A stretch of DNA of 64,000 nucleotides from an uncultured Chloroflexia bacterium (GTDB lineage: Bacteria > Chloroflexota > Chloroflexia > Thermomicrobiales > UBA6265), in NCBI GenBank assembly GCA_963712055.1, contig CAVQGN010000004.1:291813-355812 (forward strand). The letters are read 5' to 3'. The notes beneath the pieces are model-generated. The model was not told where the DNA came from. It saw nothing but the letters and a program-made list of their open reading frames with translations, and searched no databases. Positions 1 to 9,784 of the stretch are shown in pieces. Made by a program: the position numbers and the translations under genes. Position 1 is the stretch's first letter, and each line of letters starts with the position of its first letter.

Positions 1-2
1 AT

Positions 3-401
3 TGCGATTTCCGCGCCGAGACCGTGGAATTCGACCTCGTCGAATGTCCAGTTGATGAACTCGATGATGGCCAACTTGCCAAAGAAGATCACAAGAAGTG
101 CTCCCACAATCGCCAGCGTTTCGGCGCCACGTTCGTCGAAATGGTGGTGAACGCTGTGCTCGGCTTTGCCGAGAATCACCAGGAGAATCTTGAAGAGTAT
201 TGCCGTGAGGATCGAAATCCAGAAAGCCCCGATATGGATGCTCTCGACGAATTCGGCAAAGAGATTCAGTACGATGATATAGACCAGTACATCGGTGACC
301 CAGGAGATGAACCAGGCCTGGGCATCGGTGATCGTGGTGATCCGAAACTTCCGATCTGGATCGACTGGTCTGCGTGTGGCAAACGTTGAAAGTTGTTCCA
401 C
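3..401 (-). CDS. Hypothetical integral membrane protein, truncated at the window edge
   Basis: Read manually on the minus strand: GTG at 401 after GGAGGGAG, and the frame stays open to the edge (MEQLSTFATRR...AWFISWVTDVLVYIIVLNLFAEF...FWISILTAILFKILLVILG...). It is absent from the ORF track because it has no stop. The 24..389 + ORF is its antisense shadow. Confidence 0.75.
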   Translation of the reverse strand, partial: MEQLSTFATRRPVDPDRKFRITTITDAQAWFISWVTDVLVYIIVLNLFAEFVESIHIGAFWISILTAILFKILLVILGKAEHSVHHHFDERGAETLAIVGALLVIFFGKLAIIEFINWTFDEVEFHGLGAEIA

Positions 402-501
402 TCTGTTCTCCCTCCACTTGTCCTGATGAAACCCGGACACCGCATCGGTGTCCGGGTTCATCAAGAGCAGGTTCCTATCGATCGAATTGCTGGATTGGAT
501 C

Positions 502-2835
502 CTAGTCGGTTGCGAAAGCCGCCGCCGCCAGCAGCTCCAGTGCCTCGTATTCCGCTTCTTCGACCGTCACAGCTACAAACATGATTTCACCGCCGGTGAA
601 TTCGCCGGGAGTCTCATATTCCTGACTCACGTTGTCACCACTGTCGCGGCCGATGCAGAGACCATCACCTGAAAGGGTAAATTTGCCCGGCTGGGTGCGC
701 ATTGGTCCTTCGGCGACAACGTTCTCGTTGACATAGAGTTTCGTTGTTCCGAGGGACTCACCATACTCGCCCCCTTCTTCCCGGATGAACTCCATTCCCA
801 GCGTGTACTTGCCGGGACTGAGCTCTTCAGAGATGAACTGCTGCTCCGGTTTGATCCCGAGAAAGTTGTAGACGTAAAAGAGCTTCCGGTCCTTGATGAA
901 GAGGGCATGACCGCCAAACCGTGAGCCATGCGCAAAGATGACACCTGAGCAGTCCGGATCGACAATTTCCACATCTGTCAGGATCTTGTATGAGCGACCA
1001 CGGACGTTGACCGCGACCCCTTCGGGTACCGGAGCAGTGTGTGGGAAGTAGATGTAGCGATCCCGGGGCTCTTCCTCAGTAGGACGCTCGGTTCCGAGCA
1101 ACTCGCTTGCCGCACGATCGTCGAGAGGCAAGACGAGATTCTTTTCTGCTTCCTCAAACCATGCTTCGATCAGCGATTTGAGTTTCTCCGGATTCTCAGC
1201 TGCAACGTTGTGCGCTTCCGCACGATCTTCGTCAACGTGGTAGAGCTCCCATTGGTCTTCATCGAAATGCCCCTGACCAGTCAGTGGCGCGTGCAGGGAA
1301 ACCGCTTTCCAACCATCCTCCCAGATTCCACGCGTTCCGAGCATGGCGAAATACTGCCGCTTTTTCATGGTCGGAGCGTCAGGAGCTGCTTCGAACGTGT
1401 AGCGCATAGAGATCCCGGAGATTGGGTGCTGAGGAACTCCACGATACGTTTCCGGCATTTCGAGACCGCAAATGTCGAGGAGAGTGGGCACAATGTCGTT
1501 TGCGTGGTGGTACTGGTTTCTCACCTCTCCATGGGCCTTGATCCCGGCTGGCCAGCTGATCACCAGAGGATCGCAGGTTCCACCAGCGTATCCTGCATAT
1601 CGCTTGAACATCTGGTAGGGAGCTGAGAAACCGACGGCCCATCCAGTCGGGAAGTGCTCATACGTATCTGGACCACCGAGAACATCGATGTACTTCATAT
1701 TCTCTTCGAGTTCATCCGGATAGCCATTGAAGAACTTGTTCTCGTTGACCGAGCCATTCGGGCTGCCTTCGCCAGAGGCACCGTTGTCAGCCGCGTAGAG
1801 GATTACCGTGTTCTCTATCTGGCCGGACTGCTCCAAATAGTCGATGATCCGGCCCACCTGGGCATCGGTATACTCCGAGAATCCGGCATAAACCTCAGCC
1901 AAGCGAGAAAAGAGCTTCTTTTCATCTGCGTTCAGTGATTCCCACGGCCGGACAGCGTCGTCAGGATTGGCGATTCCTTCCGGAAGAGGGTTGATCGTCG
2001 TCAGAACAGTACCTTCAGGAAGGATCCCCTTTTCGATCATCCGGGGCAGAACCCATTCCCGGTAGGCCTCATATCCGTCGTCGAACTTCCCGCGATACTT
2101 CTCAATGTACTCGGCTGGCGCATGATGCGGTGCGTGATTCGCGCCAGGGCAGAAAAACATGTACCACGGACGAGAGGGATTGGTGGCCTTCTGATCGCGA
2201 ATCATCGAAATAGCCTTGTCGGCGAGGTCCTTGGAGAGATGGTAACCATCCTCCGGGCCGTACTCTTGTTCGATGAATCGATTGTCCTCAACCAGATCTG
2301 GATACCACTGGTTTGTTTCACCACCGAGAAACCCGTAAAACCGGTCGAAACCCTTTCCTAGTGGCCATTGCTTTCGGCTCGCTCCTGAGGCAACTTCCTG
2401 CTCCGGAACATTGTGATCTTTCCCTAGCCAGAAGGTGCTCCAGCCGGCATCCTGAAGCAAGTGACCGATCGTCGCGCATTCGGCAGGTATTCGGCCGTGA
2501 GCACCTGGGAAACCATTGGCGGTCTCAGTAATCGATGAATTCGCGTTCAAGTGGTGGTTGCGACCGGTCAGCAGCATCGAACGGGTCGGTGAGCAGAGCG
2601 CGGCGGTGTGCCACTGGGAGTAGATCAGCCCGCGGTCAGCCAACTTCTGCATTGTCGGCATCTCGATCCGGCCGCCGTACGGCGACCATGCCGCTTGTCC
2701 CGTGTCGTCATAAAGGACGAAAAGGATGTTCGGTGATCCCTCCGGTGCTTTCGCTGGAAGAAACGGCTCCCAGTCAGGCACAGAATCGCGGACGTCGAGA
2801 TTGATGACACCTTTGAATTCTTTGGATTCGGTCAA
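502..2835 (-). CDS. Arylsulfatase (formylglycine-dependent, AtsA/AtsD-like)
   Basis: PNILFVLYDD, CSPTR signature, LGKDH, GFDRFYGF, ADNG and WELY motifs; GAGGAG RBS before the TTG start. Confidence 0.93.
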   Translation of the reverse strand: MTESKEFKGVINLDVRDSVPDWEPFLPAKAPEGSPNILFVLYDDTGQAAWSPYGGRIEMPTMQKLADRGLIYSQWHTAALCSPTRSMLLTGRNHHLNANSSITETANGFPGAHGRIPAECATIGHLLQDAGWSTFWLGKDHNVPEQEVASGASRKQWPLGKGFDRFYGFLGGETNQWYPDLVEDNRFIEQEYGPEDGYHLSKDLADKAISMIRDQKATNPSRPWYMFFCPGANHAPHHAPAEYIEKYRGKFDDGYEAYREWVLPRMIEKGILPEGTVLTTINPLPEGIANPDDAVRPWESLNADEKKLFSRLAEVYAGFSEYTDAQVGRIIDYLEQSGQIENTVILYAADNGASGEGSPNGSVNENKFFNGYPDELEENMKYIDVLGGPDTYEHFPTGWAVGFSAPYQMFKRYAGYAGGTCDPLVISWPAGIKAHGEVRNQYHHANDIVPTLLDICGLEMPETYRGVPQHPISGISMRYTFEAAPDAPTMKKRQYFAMLGTRGIWEDGWKAVSLHAPLTGQGHFDEDQWELYHVDEDRAEAHNVAAENPEKLKSLIEAWFEEAEKNLVLPLDDRAASELLGTERPTEEEPRDRYIYFPHTAPVPEGVAVNVRGRSYKILTDVEIVDPDCSGVIFAHGSRFGGHALFIKDRKLFYVYNFLGIKPEQQFISEELSPGKYTLGMEFIREEGGEYGESLGTTKLYVNENVVAEGPMRTQPGKFTLSGDGLCIGRDSGDNVSQEYETPGEFTGGEIMFVAVTVEEAEYEALELLAAAAFATD

Positions 2836-3036
2836 GGCTTCTGCTCCTCATTGGTTGAAAGTCGACTGACGCGAGTATATCTGCTCAGGGCAATAGCCAC
2901 TATCTTTCCGCGACCGCGTTGCCGACACTCGTGGCCCGCGTCAGCTGCGAGTAGACTCCTTTCCGGGTAGCTTGCTTCTAAACGTGATTAGACTACTATC
3001 CGTCCCGTTGAATCGGAATTTGAAAGGAACGTCATC

Positions 3037-3489
3037 ATGCCAATTCCTGCGATCATCGCCGCAGTCCTCAGTGGAACAGCAAGTGCGTTCGCCGCTGCCT
3101 GGCTGGCGAAGCTGCTGCTTCCTGGTGAGCAGCGGGTTGGAAACGCGATGCTCATCCTCATCGGTTCACTCGCCGGTGTAATCACCGGGGTGGTGGTCAA
3201 CCTTCTCAATCTCGGTCCCGAAGATGGAATCAATTGGTGGTCCGTCGGGATTGCAGTGGCTGTTTCGATGATCGCCATTTTCTTCATCAGCCGATGGAAG
3301 AGCTCGAAAATCGAGGCACTGAAGGCACCAATGAAAACCGCATCCACCCCGGGCAAAGCGGCGAAACACCGGACCGAAACCCGGTCTCCCGGCTCCAACG
3401 CGGGGGAGCGAGCCGACCAGGGTTCAGGACACCGATCTGACTTCCGACGATTCGCCCAAATTGCGATGACGATTGTGGTCTCGATCTAG
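3037..3489 (+). CDS. GlsB/YeaQ (transglycosylase-associated)-like small membrane protein with a basic tail
   Basis: Three hydrophobic helices, LAKLLLPG...GINWW pattern, AAGGA RBS. Confidence 0.5.
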   Translation: MPIPAIIAAVLSGTASAFAAAWLAKLLLPGEQRVGNAMLILIGSLAGVITGVVVNLLNLGPEDGINWWSVGIAVAVSMIAIFFISRWKSSKIEALKAPMKTASTPGKAAKHRTETRSPGSNAGERADQGSGHRSDFRRFAQIAMTIVVSI

Positions 3490-3504
3490 CCCAAACACGA
3501 AAAT

Positions 3505-3532
3505 GACCCTCTCCAGCTCAAGGGAGAGGGTC
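3505..3532. terminator. Intrinsic terminator hairpin between convergent genes
   Basis: 10-bp stem GACCCTCTCC/GGAGAGGGTC with a T-rich tail on the minus strand. Confidence 0.7.
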
Positions 3533-3548
3533 GTCGTCGTACCCATGG

Positions 3549-4316
3549 TTACCAGTGAATCTCGACGCGCGTGCCGATCGTAGCGAAGTCGTACACGATC
3601 GAAGCTGCCCATGGCTCGAGCGCGACACACCCTCCCGTTTTCCCAGCTCCGTTTGGAAGGACATTGCCGTTGGCGTCGAGCGAGTAAGAGTGGAAGCCGT
3701 TGCTTCGCTCTGAGTCGTAGGCGACCCAGTACTTGATATAGACATCCGCCCAGTCAGTCCAGGTCAGATTTGCGTTCTTGGCGTACACGTAATAGGTTCC
3801 GATTGCTGTTGAGTAGAAGCCATAGCTCGACGTGTCGTATCCCATTGCACCCCAGTAGGAACCGACCACCGTGTTGCCTTCGTAGAGGGTGACCGTCTGG
3901 CTGCTGCGGTCGACATCGATCCAGCGGTCCACGGCAGCGCCCGAACCGCCGTACGAGTCCCCGGACCAGCCGTAGCCGCCATTGACCCAGAGATACGTGC
4001 CAAAGGCCCATCCGATTGAACCGGCATATTGAACCTGGTACCAGCCATCGTCAGTTGGACCATCGAGCACTGCGACGTAATCGCCTTCCCACATCTTGTC
4101 GATGACTTCTGCCCACGTTCCGGGACCGGTGCGCAGATTGAGGCGGTCGACCTGCACCCAGCCATCGGACGCGGCGGCAGCTGGCGCCGCGCTAAGGGCA
4201 AACGAGAAAACGATCGTGGCCAGGATCGCGACACTTGCTGTGACCGAGATCAATCGACTCCGATGTGACAGCGATTGGTTTCTGACCGGTGTGTGTTTCA
4301 AACGAAATTCCAGCAT
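3549..4316 (-). CDS. Secreted SH3b + L,D-transpeptidase (YkuD) domain protein
   Basis: Signal peptide; SH3b motifs LNLRTGPGT...DGWYQV; YkuD motifs IDVDRSSQ...GFH...TGGCV. Start moved to ATG 4316 after GAGGGG. Confidence 0.8.
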   Translation of the reverse strand: MLEFRLKHTPVRNQSLSHRSRLISVTASVAILATIVFSFALSAAPAAAASDGWVQVDRLNLRTGPGTWAEVIDKMWEGDYVAVLDGPTDDGWYQVQYAGSIGWAFGTYLWVNGGYGWSGDSYGGSGAAVDRWIDVDRSSQTVTLYEGNTVVGSYWGAMGYDTSSYGFYSTAIGTYYVYAKNANLTWTDWADVYIKYWVAYDSERSNGFHSYSLDANGNVLPNGAGKTGGCVALEPWAASIVYDFATIGTRVEIHW

Positions 4317-4532
4317 GGAGACCCCCTCTACTCGGGTGCAATAGACCAGTGGTGCGAGCGCGGGTCTCTCGCGGAAACGTCCCCTCAGACGTTCGCTTAC
4401 GACCATACGTACATCTAGGGTGTCCGTACAGAACCCGACGGTCCCGTGAGGAATCACCCATTTGGGTCATGTGTCCCGGTGTCAATAGAGCGGACGCAAT
4501 GTCACGATCGTGAGAAGACCGGCGATGGGGCT

Positions 4533-5660
4533 TCAGTCGACGAGGATTGAGGCTGCGTCTGGCTGGAAAAGGATCGAGACGGGATCGCCGATCTGATGAG
4601 GAGCCTGGTTGAACGAGCGATTCTGGTGATGCACGGTGACGAGGGTGTCCCCCGGGAGCGCGATCAAGAACTGGGTGTGTGTGCCGAGATAGATGATGTC
4701 GCGCACGGATCCGCTGAGACGATTCCAGCCGATCACGTGCTCTGGGTCGAAATCCTCGGGAAACGCCATCTTTTCCGGTCGGACCGACACGGCAACCGCA
4801 TCGCCACGTGCAGGAGGGCTTGCTGGCGGCTCTACCCGCACCGTCGCTCCGCCGTTTGCCGCGACGATCACAAACTCACCCTCTGTCCCCGCCACGACTC
4901 CATCGATGAGATTGGTCTGACCGATAAAATCGGCCACGAACCGGTTGTTTGGACGATCGTATATCTCGTCCGGAGGGCCGAGTTGAAGAATCCTGCCCGC
5001 GTTCATGACGGCGATCCGGTCGGACATCGTCAGTGCTTCTTCCTGATCGTGAGTGACATAGATGAAGGTGATCCCGACCTCGCGATTGAGCTCCTTAAGT
5101 TCGATCTGCATCGCTTTGCGCAACTTCAGATCGAGCGCGCCAAGCGGTTCGTCAAGGAGCAACACCTGCGGCCGATTGATCAGCGCGCGGGCAAGCGCAA
5201 CCCGCTGTTGCTGACCGCCAGAGAGCGCGGTTGGTTTACGGTTTTCGATGTGGGGCAAACGAACAAGCTCGAGCGCTTCGCCGACCCGGGTTTCCCGCTC
5301 TTTTTTCGAAACTCCGGCCATTTCCAACCCGTATCCGATGTTCTGGGCGACGGTCATATGTGGAAACAGCGCGTAGTTCTGGAACACCGTGTTGACTGGT
5401 CGTTTGTAGGGGGGACGACCACTCATGTCCTCGCCATGGATGAGGAGTCGACCGGTGTTGGGGTATTCGAACCCTCCGATCATGCGAAGGGTTGTTGTCT
5501 TGCCGCAACCGGATGGACCGAGCATCGTCAGGAACTCTCCGGGCAACACGCTAAGGGAGAGATCATCGACCGCAAGAACGCTGCCATACCGTTTGCTGAC
5601 CCGTTCAAGCTTAACGCTCGACGCTTCACCGTCCTGGGCTGGTACTGATTTCGTCGTCAT
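4533..5660 (-). CDS. potA: Polyamine-type ABC transporter ATP-binding protein (PotA family)
   Basis: GPSGCGKT, LSGGQQQR, LLLDEPLGALD, TOBE-like C-terminus. Confidence 0.88.
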   Translation of the reverse strand: MTTKSVPAQDGEASSVKLERVSKRYGSVLAVDDLSLSVLPGEFLTMLGPSGCGKTTTLRMIGGFEYPNTGRLLIHGEDMSGRPPYKRPVNTVFQNYALFPHMTVAQNIGYGLEMAGVSKKERETRVGEALELVRLPHIENRKPTALSGGQQQRVALARALINRPQVLLLDEPLGALDLKLRKAMQIELKELNREVGITFIYVTHDQEEALTMSDRIAVMNAGRILQLGPPDEIYDRPNNRFVADFIGQTNLIDGVVAGTEGEFVIVAANGGATVRVEPPASPPARGDAVAVSVRPEKMAFPEDFDPEHVIGWNRLSGSVRDIIYLGTHTQFLIALPGDTLVTVHHQNRSFNQAPHQIGDPVSILFQPDAASILVD

Positions 5661-5678
5661 GACCTTGAATCTCCAGCC

Positions 5679-6545
5679 TCATCCATCTGACGAATTCCTC
5701 AGCGCCCGCGCAGAGCGGCTCATTAGCAGCGTTGACGATAGCACCCCGACCAGCGAAACAACCGTAATGATGGTGGCGGCGGCATTGATCTCGGGCGACA
5801 AACCGAGGCGGAGGCGACCCCAGATCAAGAGGGGCAGGGTGTTCTCGCGTCCCTTGAGGAAGAGAGAGACAACGATTTCATCGAACGACAAGGTGAACGC
5901 CAGGATTGCGCCGGAAAGCATCGCGGGGAAGATCAGTGGCAAGGTGATCTTTCGGAAGGTAGTGAACGGGCTTGCTCCGAGATCAGCTGAGGCTTCGTCG
6001 AGATAGCGGGGCATTTGGATCAGTCGAGCCGCGACCGCACTGAGCACGAGCGTAATCGAGAAAGTGATATGGCCAATGATCAGGGGCCAAGGGAAACTCA
6101 CGCCGCCGATTTCGCTCGACCATGCGGCGATCGAGCGATCACTGAGCGAGAAATAGGCGAGTAGGGCGATGCCGGTCACCACACCAGGAATGGTGATCGG
6201 CAGGACGATGAGAAAGCGGATACCTGGTTTGAAAGGCAATCGGAATCGATCGAGCGCAAAGGCACCCAGCGTTCCAAGTACAAGCGCCGAAAAAGCGGCA
6301 ATCAGGCCTACACGAACGGAAAGCGTGATCGCATCGCGGATTTCCTGGTCATCGCGCAACTCCCTGTACCAATCGAGGGTGTAGTTCTCGATCGGAAAGG
6401 TGTTGATCTTGGTTTCGTTGAACGAATAGAGAATGACGATCACAATCGGCAGATAGAGAAACGCATAGGTCAGCAGCGCTGCGCTACCCAGCGCCCATTT
6501 GCTCCAATCGCGCGGCTGTGGCTGTTCCTGTGGTGGCGCGCTCAT
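5679..6545 (-). CDS. potC: Polyamine-type ABC permease (PotC family)
   Basis: FLYLPI...YSFN, EASADLGA loop, FTLSFDE, PEINA. Confidence 0.85.
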   Translation of the reverse strand: MSAPPQEQPQPRDWSKWALGSAALLTYAFLYLPIVIVILYSFNETKINTFPIENYTLDWYRELRDDQEIRDAITLSVRVGLIAAFSALVLGTLGAFALDRFRLPFKPGIRFLIVLPITIPGVVTGIALLAYFSLSDRSIAAWSSEIGGVSFPWPLIIGHITFSITLVLSAVAARLIQMPRYLDEASADLGASPFTTFRKITLPLIFPAMLSGAILAFTLSFDEIVVSLFLKGRENTLPLLIWGRLRLGLSPEINAAATIITVVSLVGVLSSTLLMSRSARALRNSSDG

Positions 6546-7444
6546 CGTGGCCGTCCACCAAGGGCGCCAAAGCGATTGGCGATCAGCAAGAAACCGAAGA
6601 TGATGAAGAGAAGCGGAAAGACCAGCGCGGCGCCGAGCGGCCAGTTGTTGGCGGTGCCGAAATTGTCCGCGATGATCTTGCCGATCAGTTGGTCTCCTGG
6701 TCCGCCGATTAGCGTTGGTGTGATGTAGTCGCCCATGGTCAAACTAAAGACACTCAGACTGCCGGCGAAGATACCTGGAATCGCCATCGGCAAGATGACC
6801 CTGCGGAACGTCTGGAAGGCATTCGAGCCGAGGTCAGATGATGCTTCGAGCAGAGAATTGGGAATCTGATCGAGGACGGCGTAAAGCGGCAGGATCATGA
6901 AAGGGAGCCAGACCTGCGAAAAGGTCAGCAGCATGGCCTCCTTCGAGAAGAGGAGAAACGACAACGGTTCGTCGATAGCGCCAGTCCATTCCAGAAACGT
7001 GTTCATCACCCCATTGGTGCCGAGGATTGTCCTCCACGCAAAGGCGCGAACAAGGTAGGAACTCCAGAGAGGAAAGATGACCAGCATCAGCATCAGTTCT
7101 CGATGCCGGGTCACCTTCTTGGCGAGAAACCAGGAGATTGGGAACGCGATGATGATATCGACCAAGGTCACGAGCAGCGCCATCACGACGGTGCGAATGA
7201 TGACCGTAGAGTACAAGTCGTTGGTGGCGATCGTGCGGAAATTGTCGAGCGTGAAGCTATGGTCGATAGTCAGATAGTCGACAGACCAGAACGCGTGCGC
7301 CAGTAACACGACCAACGGAACGAGATAAAAAACGAACATCCAGCCGACCGGTGGCAGGAGCACGGCGAAACCGCGCCACCGACTGCCAGGTTCAGCGTTT
7401 TCGATGTCTTCGGCTGGAAGCGCGCGATCAATGGTAGTGGCCAT
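6542..7444 (-). CDS. potB: Polyamine-type ABC permease (PotB family)
   Basis: PLWSSYLVRAFAW, LPFMILPLY, EASSDLG, NWPLGAA; ATGA overlap with potC. Confidence 0.85.
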   Translation of the reverse strand: MATTIDRALPAEDIENAEPGSRWRGFAVLLPPVGWMFVFYLVPLVVLLAHAFWSVDYLTIDHSFTLDNFRTIATNDLYSTVIIRTVVMALLVTLVDIIIAFPISWFLAKKVTRHRELMLMLVIFPLWSSYLVRAFAWRTILGTNGVMNTFLEWTGAIDEPLSFLLFSKEAMLLTFSQVWLPFMILPLYAVLDQIPNSLLEASSDLGSNAFQTFRRVILPMAIPGIFAGSLSVFSLTMGDYITPTLIGGPGDQLIGKIIADNFGTANNWPLGAALVFPLLFIIFGFLLIANRFGALGGRPR

Positions 7445-7519
7445 GAGCTGTCAGGCGCTCGTCAGCGCGGATGATTTGGCGCCGAGGGAGGTAACTGCTC
7501 CCTCGGCGCGGAGAACCGA

Positions 7520-8683
7520 TCAGGACGCCGTTGCTTCCTGCCAGACCTGCAGCCATTTGTCCATGTTCGGGACGTTTTGCCACATCTTGATCTGGGCGTA
7601 ACCGGCTTCGATATCGTCCATGTAGAGAGATTCCCGGACTGACGGAAGCAATCCTTCGATCACCTTGCGATTGGTAATCGCATAGTTGTTGTTCTCGAGG
7701 ACGCCGATTTGGCCGTTCGGACCGATCATCCAATCGATCCAGCTATAGCAGAGATCAATATCTTTCGCGCCGGACGTGATCATCCAGGAGTCGGACCAAC
7801 CAGTAACGCCTTCGGTTGGCCAGACCTCTGCCACGGGAGCGCCACCATCTTGCGCTCCGAGCGTTGCATACGGCCATGCATCCGAGATAAAGACCTCACC
7901 GTTGACAAAGAGATCTGCAAGTTCGCCACCGAAATTCCAGTAGGCGCGAACCATCGGTCGTTGCGCGACCAGGATGTCCTTGACCTGAGCAAGTTGCTCG
8001 TCATCGAGGATGTAGGGATTCTCCGGAACCGGGTCGAGTAGAAGCGCGTACTGGGCAATCTGGATCGGTGCGTTCCACGTGGCGATCTTGCCGGAATACT
8101 GCTCATCGAGGAGGGCATTCCAGGAGGTTGGTGCCTCAGCGATTTCCTCCGTGTTGTAGAGCATGATCGTCGGACCCCAGGCGAAGTTGGCGCCGTAGAG
8201 CTTTTCATCAAACGTGATGTAGTCGGGGAACTGGAACTGTTCGTAGAGGTCAGGAAAGTTCTTCAGCCGGGTTGGATCGATCTCCTGTACAAGCCCTGCG
8301 TCGACAAGACGCTGAGTCAGATCGTTAGAGGCGGAAACCATATCGAATGTATCGCCACCACCAGCCTGGAGTTGAGCGAAAGCATCATCAGACGAAGCCA
8401 TGAAGGTTGAATTGATCTGGGCGTCATAGCGCAGTTCCCACGGCTCTCGAAAGCGATCGGCGGTATAGCCTTCCCAGACAATCGCGTTCAGTTCGGTGGC
8501 TGCGGAAGCGCTCGACCCCAGCAGGGATGCACCTGCAGCTCCCAGTCCTATCGCTCCGAAGAATTTCACCAGATCGCGACGCGACAGCGATCCTTTTTCG
8601 AACCGATCCATGACCTGATCAGGCGTCAACTGCTTGAGTTCTTCGATCAACGGCTGACTGGACTGGTGCAACTCGCTCATCAT
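7520..8683 (-). CDS. potD: PotD/PotF-family substrate-binding protein with a Tat signal
   Basis: SRRDLVK twin-arginine motif, WEGY, SWNAL, PTEGVTGWSD; GGAGG RBS before ATG 8683. Confidence 0.8.
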   Translation of the reverse strand: MMSELHQSSQPLIEELKQLTPDQVMDRFEKGSLSRRDLVKFFGAIGLGAAGASLLGSSASAATELNAIVWEGYTADRFREPWELRYDAQINSTFMASSDDAFAQLQAGGGDTFDMVSASNDLTQRLVDAGLVQEIDPTRLKNFPDLYEQFQFPDYITFDEKLYGANFAWGPTIMLYNTEEIAEAPTSWNALLDEQYSGKIATWNAPIQIAQYALLLDPVPENPYILDDEQLAQVKDILVAQRPMVRAYWNFGGELADLFVNGEVFISDAWPYATLGAQDGGAPVAEVWPTEGVTGWSDSWMITSGAKDIDLCYSWIDWMIGPNGQIGVLENNNYAITNRKVIEGLLPSVRESLYMDDIEAGYAQIKMWQNVPNMDKWLQVWQEATAS

Positions 8684-8819
8684 CGTTTCCTCCGACCCGG
8701 GTCGAATCGCTTTGATAGCGCCGTGACGCACGATCGCTTCACAGTGCTCTCTTATTTCCCGAGGTCATTTCTCTGCGGAATGTACTTGAAACGATGTCCC
8801 AGCCGCAAGAAAGAGGCGC

Positions 8820-9707
8820 TTAGGAGCGAAGAAGCGGCCTGGTCAGGCAGGTCGGGCCGCCGGCCCGATTGTGGGAAATCTCATTGCCTTCATAGACAAC
8901 AACGCTGCAGCCGGCTGCTTCCAGCATAGACTTAGTGCCCGGATTCCCATTGACCACAAGGCAGACGTTCGGTGCCAGAGCGAGCACATTGCAGCCCATT
9001 GACTCGAATTCGTCGGCCGGCATGTCCAGTAGCGTCCAGCCGCGGGATTCGAGTTCCTGCACGAACGCCACCGGCAGCATTGGCAGATGGACGACTGCTT
9101 TTTTCGGTGCAACCGGGCTGATGAGTGACATCAGGTGAAGACATTCGCCCGGGCCATGCCAGTAACTGAGATCGTAGGCGAGCACGTCGACGCCAAGCGG
9201 TTGGAGCAGGAACCGCAGTTGCTCGATACCCTCACTGTTTGTCCTATATCCGCGTCCGACGGCGAGTGTCTGCTCATCGAGCCAGAGCGTGTCGCCGCCT
9301 TCAACCGTTCCCGGCGCTTTGACGTCTCCAAGAATTGGCACTTCGAGTGCGCCGTAGGTGCGAGCATGAAGCGCCGGTTCGCCTTCGCGTTCGGGTTTGC
9401 CCATGCTCAGCAGAATGGCGCCGCTATTCGTGATGAGCGATGGGTCGTAGCCGAAGATGGCATCGAGTTCGCCTGGTTCATCAGCTGATTCGACGATCAC
9501 GTCACAGCCCGCCGTTTCGAGCAAGGTGACGAATGCTTTGTGCTCGGAAACCGCCAGGTCATGGTCGATCGGATGGAGATACCCGAAGCGGACCCAGTCA
9601 TCATCGCTGCCGGGAGGGGCAGGAGAGCGAACGATCACCCGTTCGAGTGTTCCGGACATCGATTGACCGCCGTAGTTTCGTTTCGTGCCATTGTCGCGTT
9701 CTGACAT
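8820..9707 (-). CDS. Arginine deiminase/DDAH (amidinotransferase, pentein) family protein
   Basis: DAIFGYDP, EGGD, RTNSEG, CLHLMS and the C-terminal catalytic GGPTCLT. Confidence 0.85.
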   Translation of the reverse strand: MSERDNGTKRNYGGQSMSGTLERVIVRSPAPPGSDDDWVRFGYLHPIDHDLAVSEHKAFVTLLETAGCDVIVESADEPGELDAIFGYDPSLITNSGAILLSMGKPEREGEPALHARTYGALEVPILGDVKAPGTVEGGDTLWLDEQTLAVGRGYRTNSEGIEQLRFLLQPLGVDVLAYDLSYWHGPGECLHLMSLISPVAPKKAVVHLPMLPVAFVQELESRGWTLLDMPADEFESMGCNVLALAPNVCLVVNGNPGTKSMLEAAGCSVVVYEGNEISHNRAGGPTCLTRPLLRS

Positions 9708-9784
9708 CTCGATCAACTCCTGCGGCGCGATGCCGTAGCCTTACCGGGACTGCGATTTCGATCCACGCATGGGGCAGTGAACCG

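Noticed and set aside
24-389. Acidic 121-aa ORF on the + strand
   Set aside because: It is the antisense shadow of the minus-strand membrane gene, which has an RBS.
4502-4513. Palindrome TCACGATCGTGA
   Set aside because: It is a single short copy with no assignable regulator and could be chance.
4317-4532. c-di-AMP riboswitch upstream of the cell-wall enzymes (13309-13665 also checked)
   Set aside because: The conserved GCTGAA, GGGGAACC and TCAGCTAA blocks were not found.
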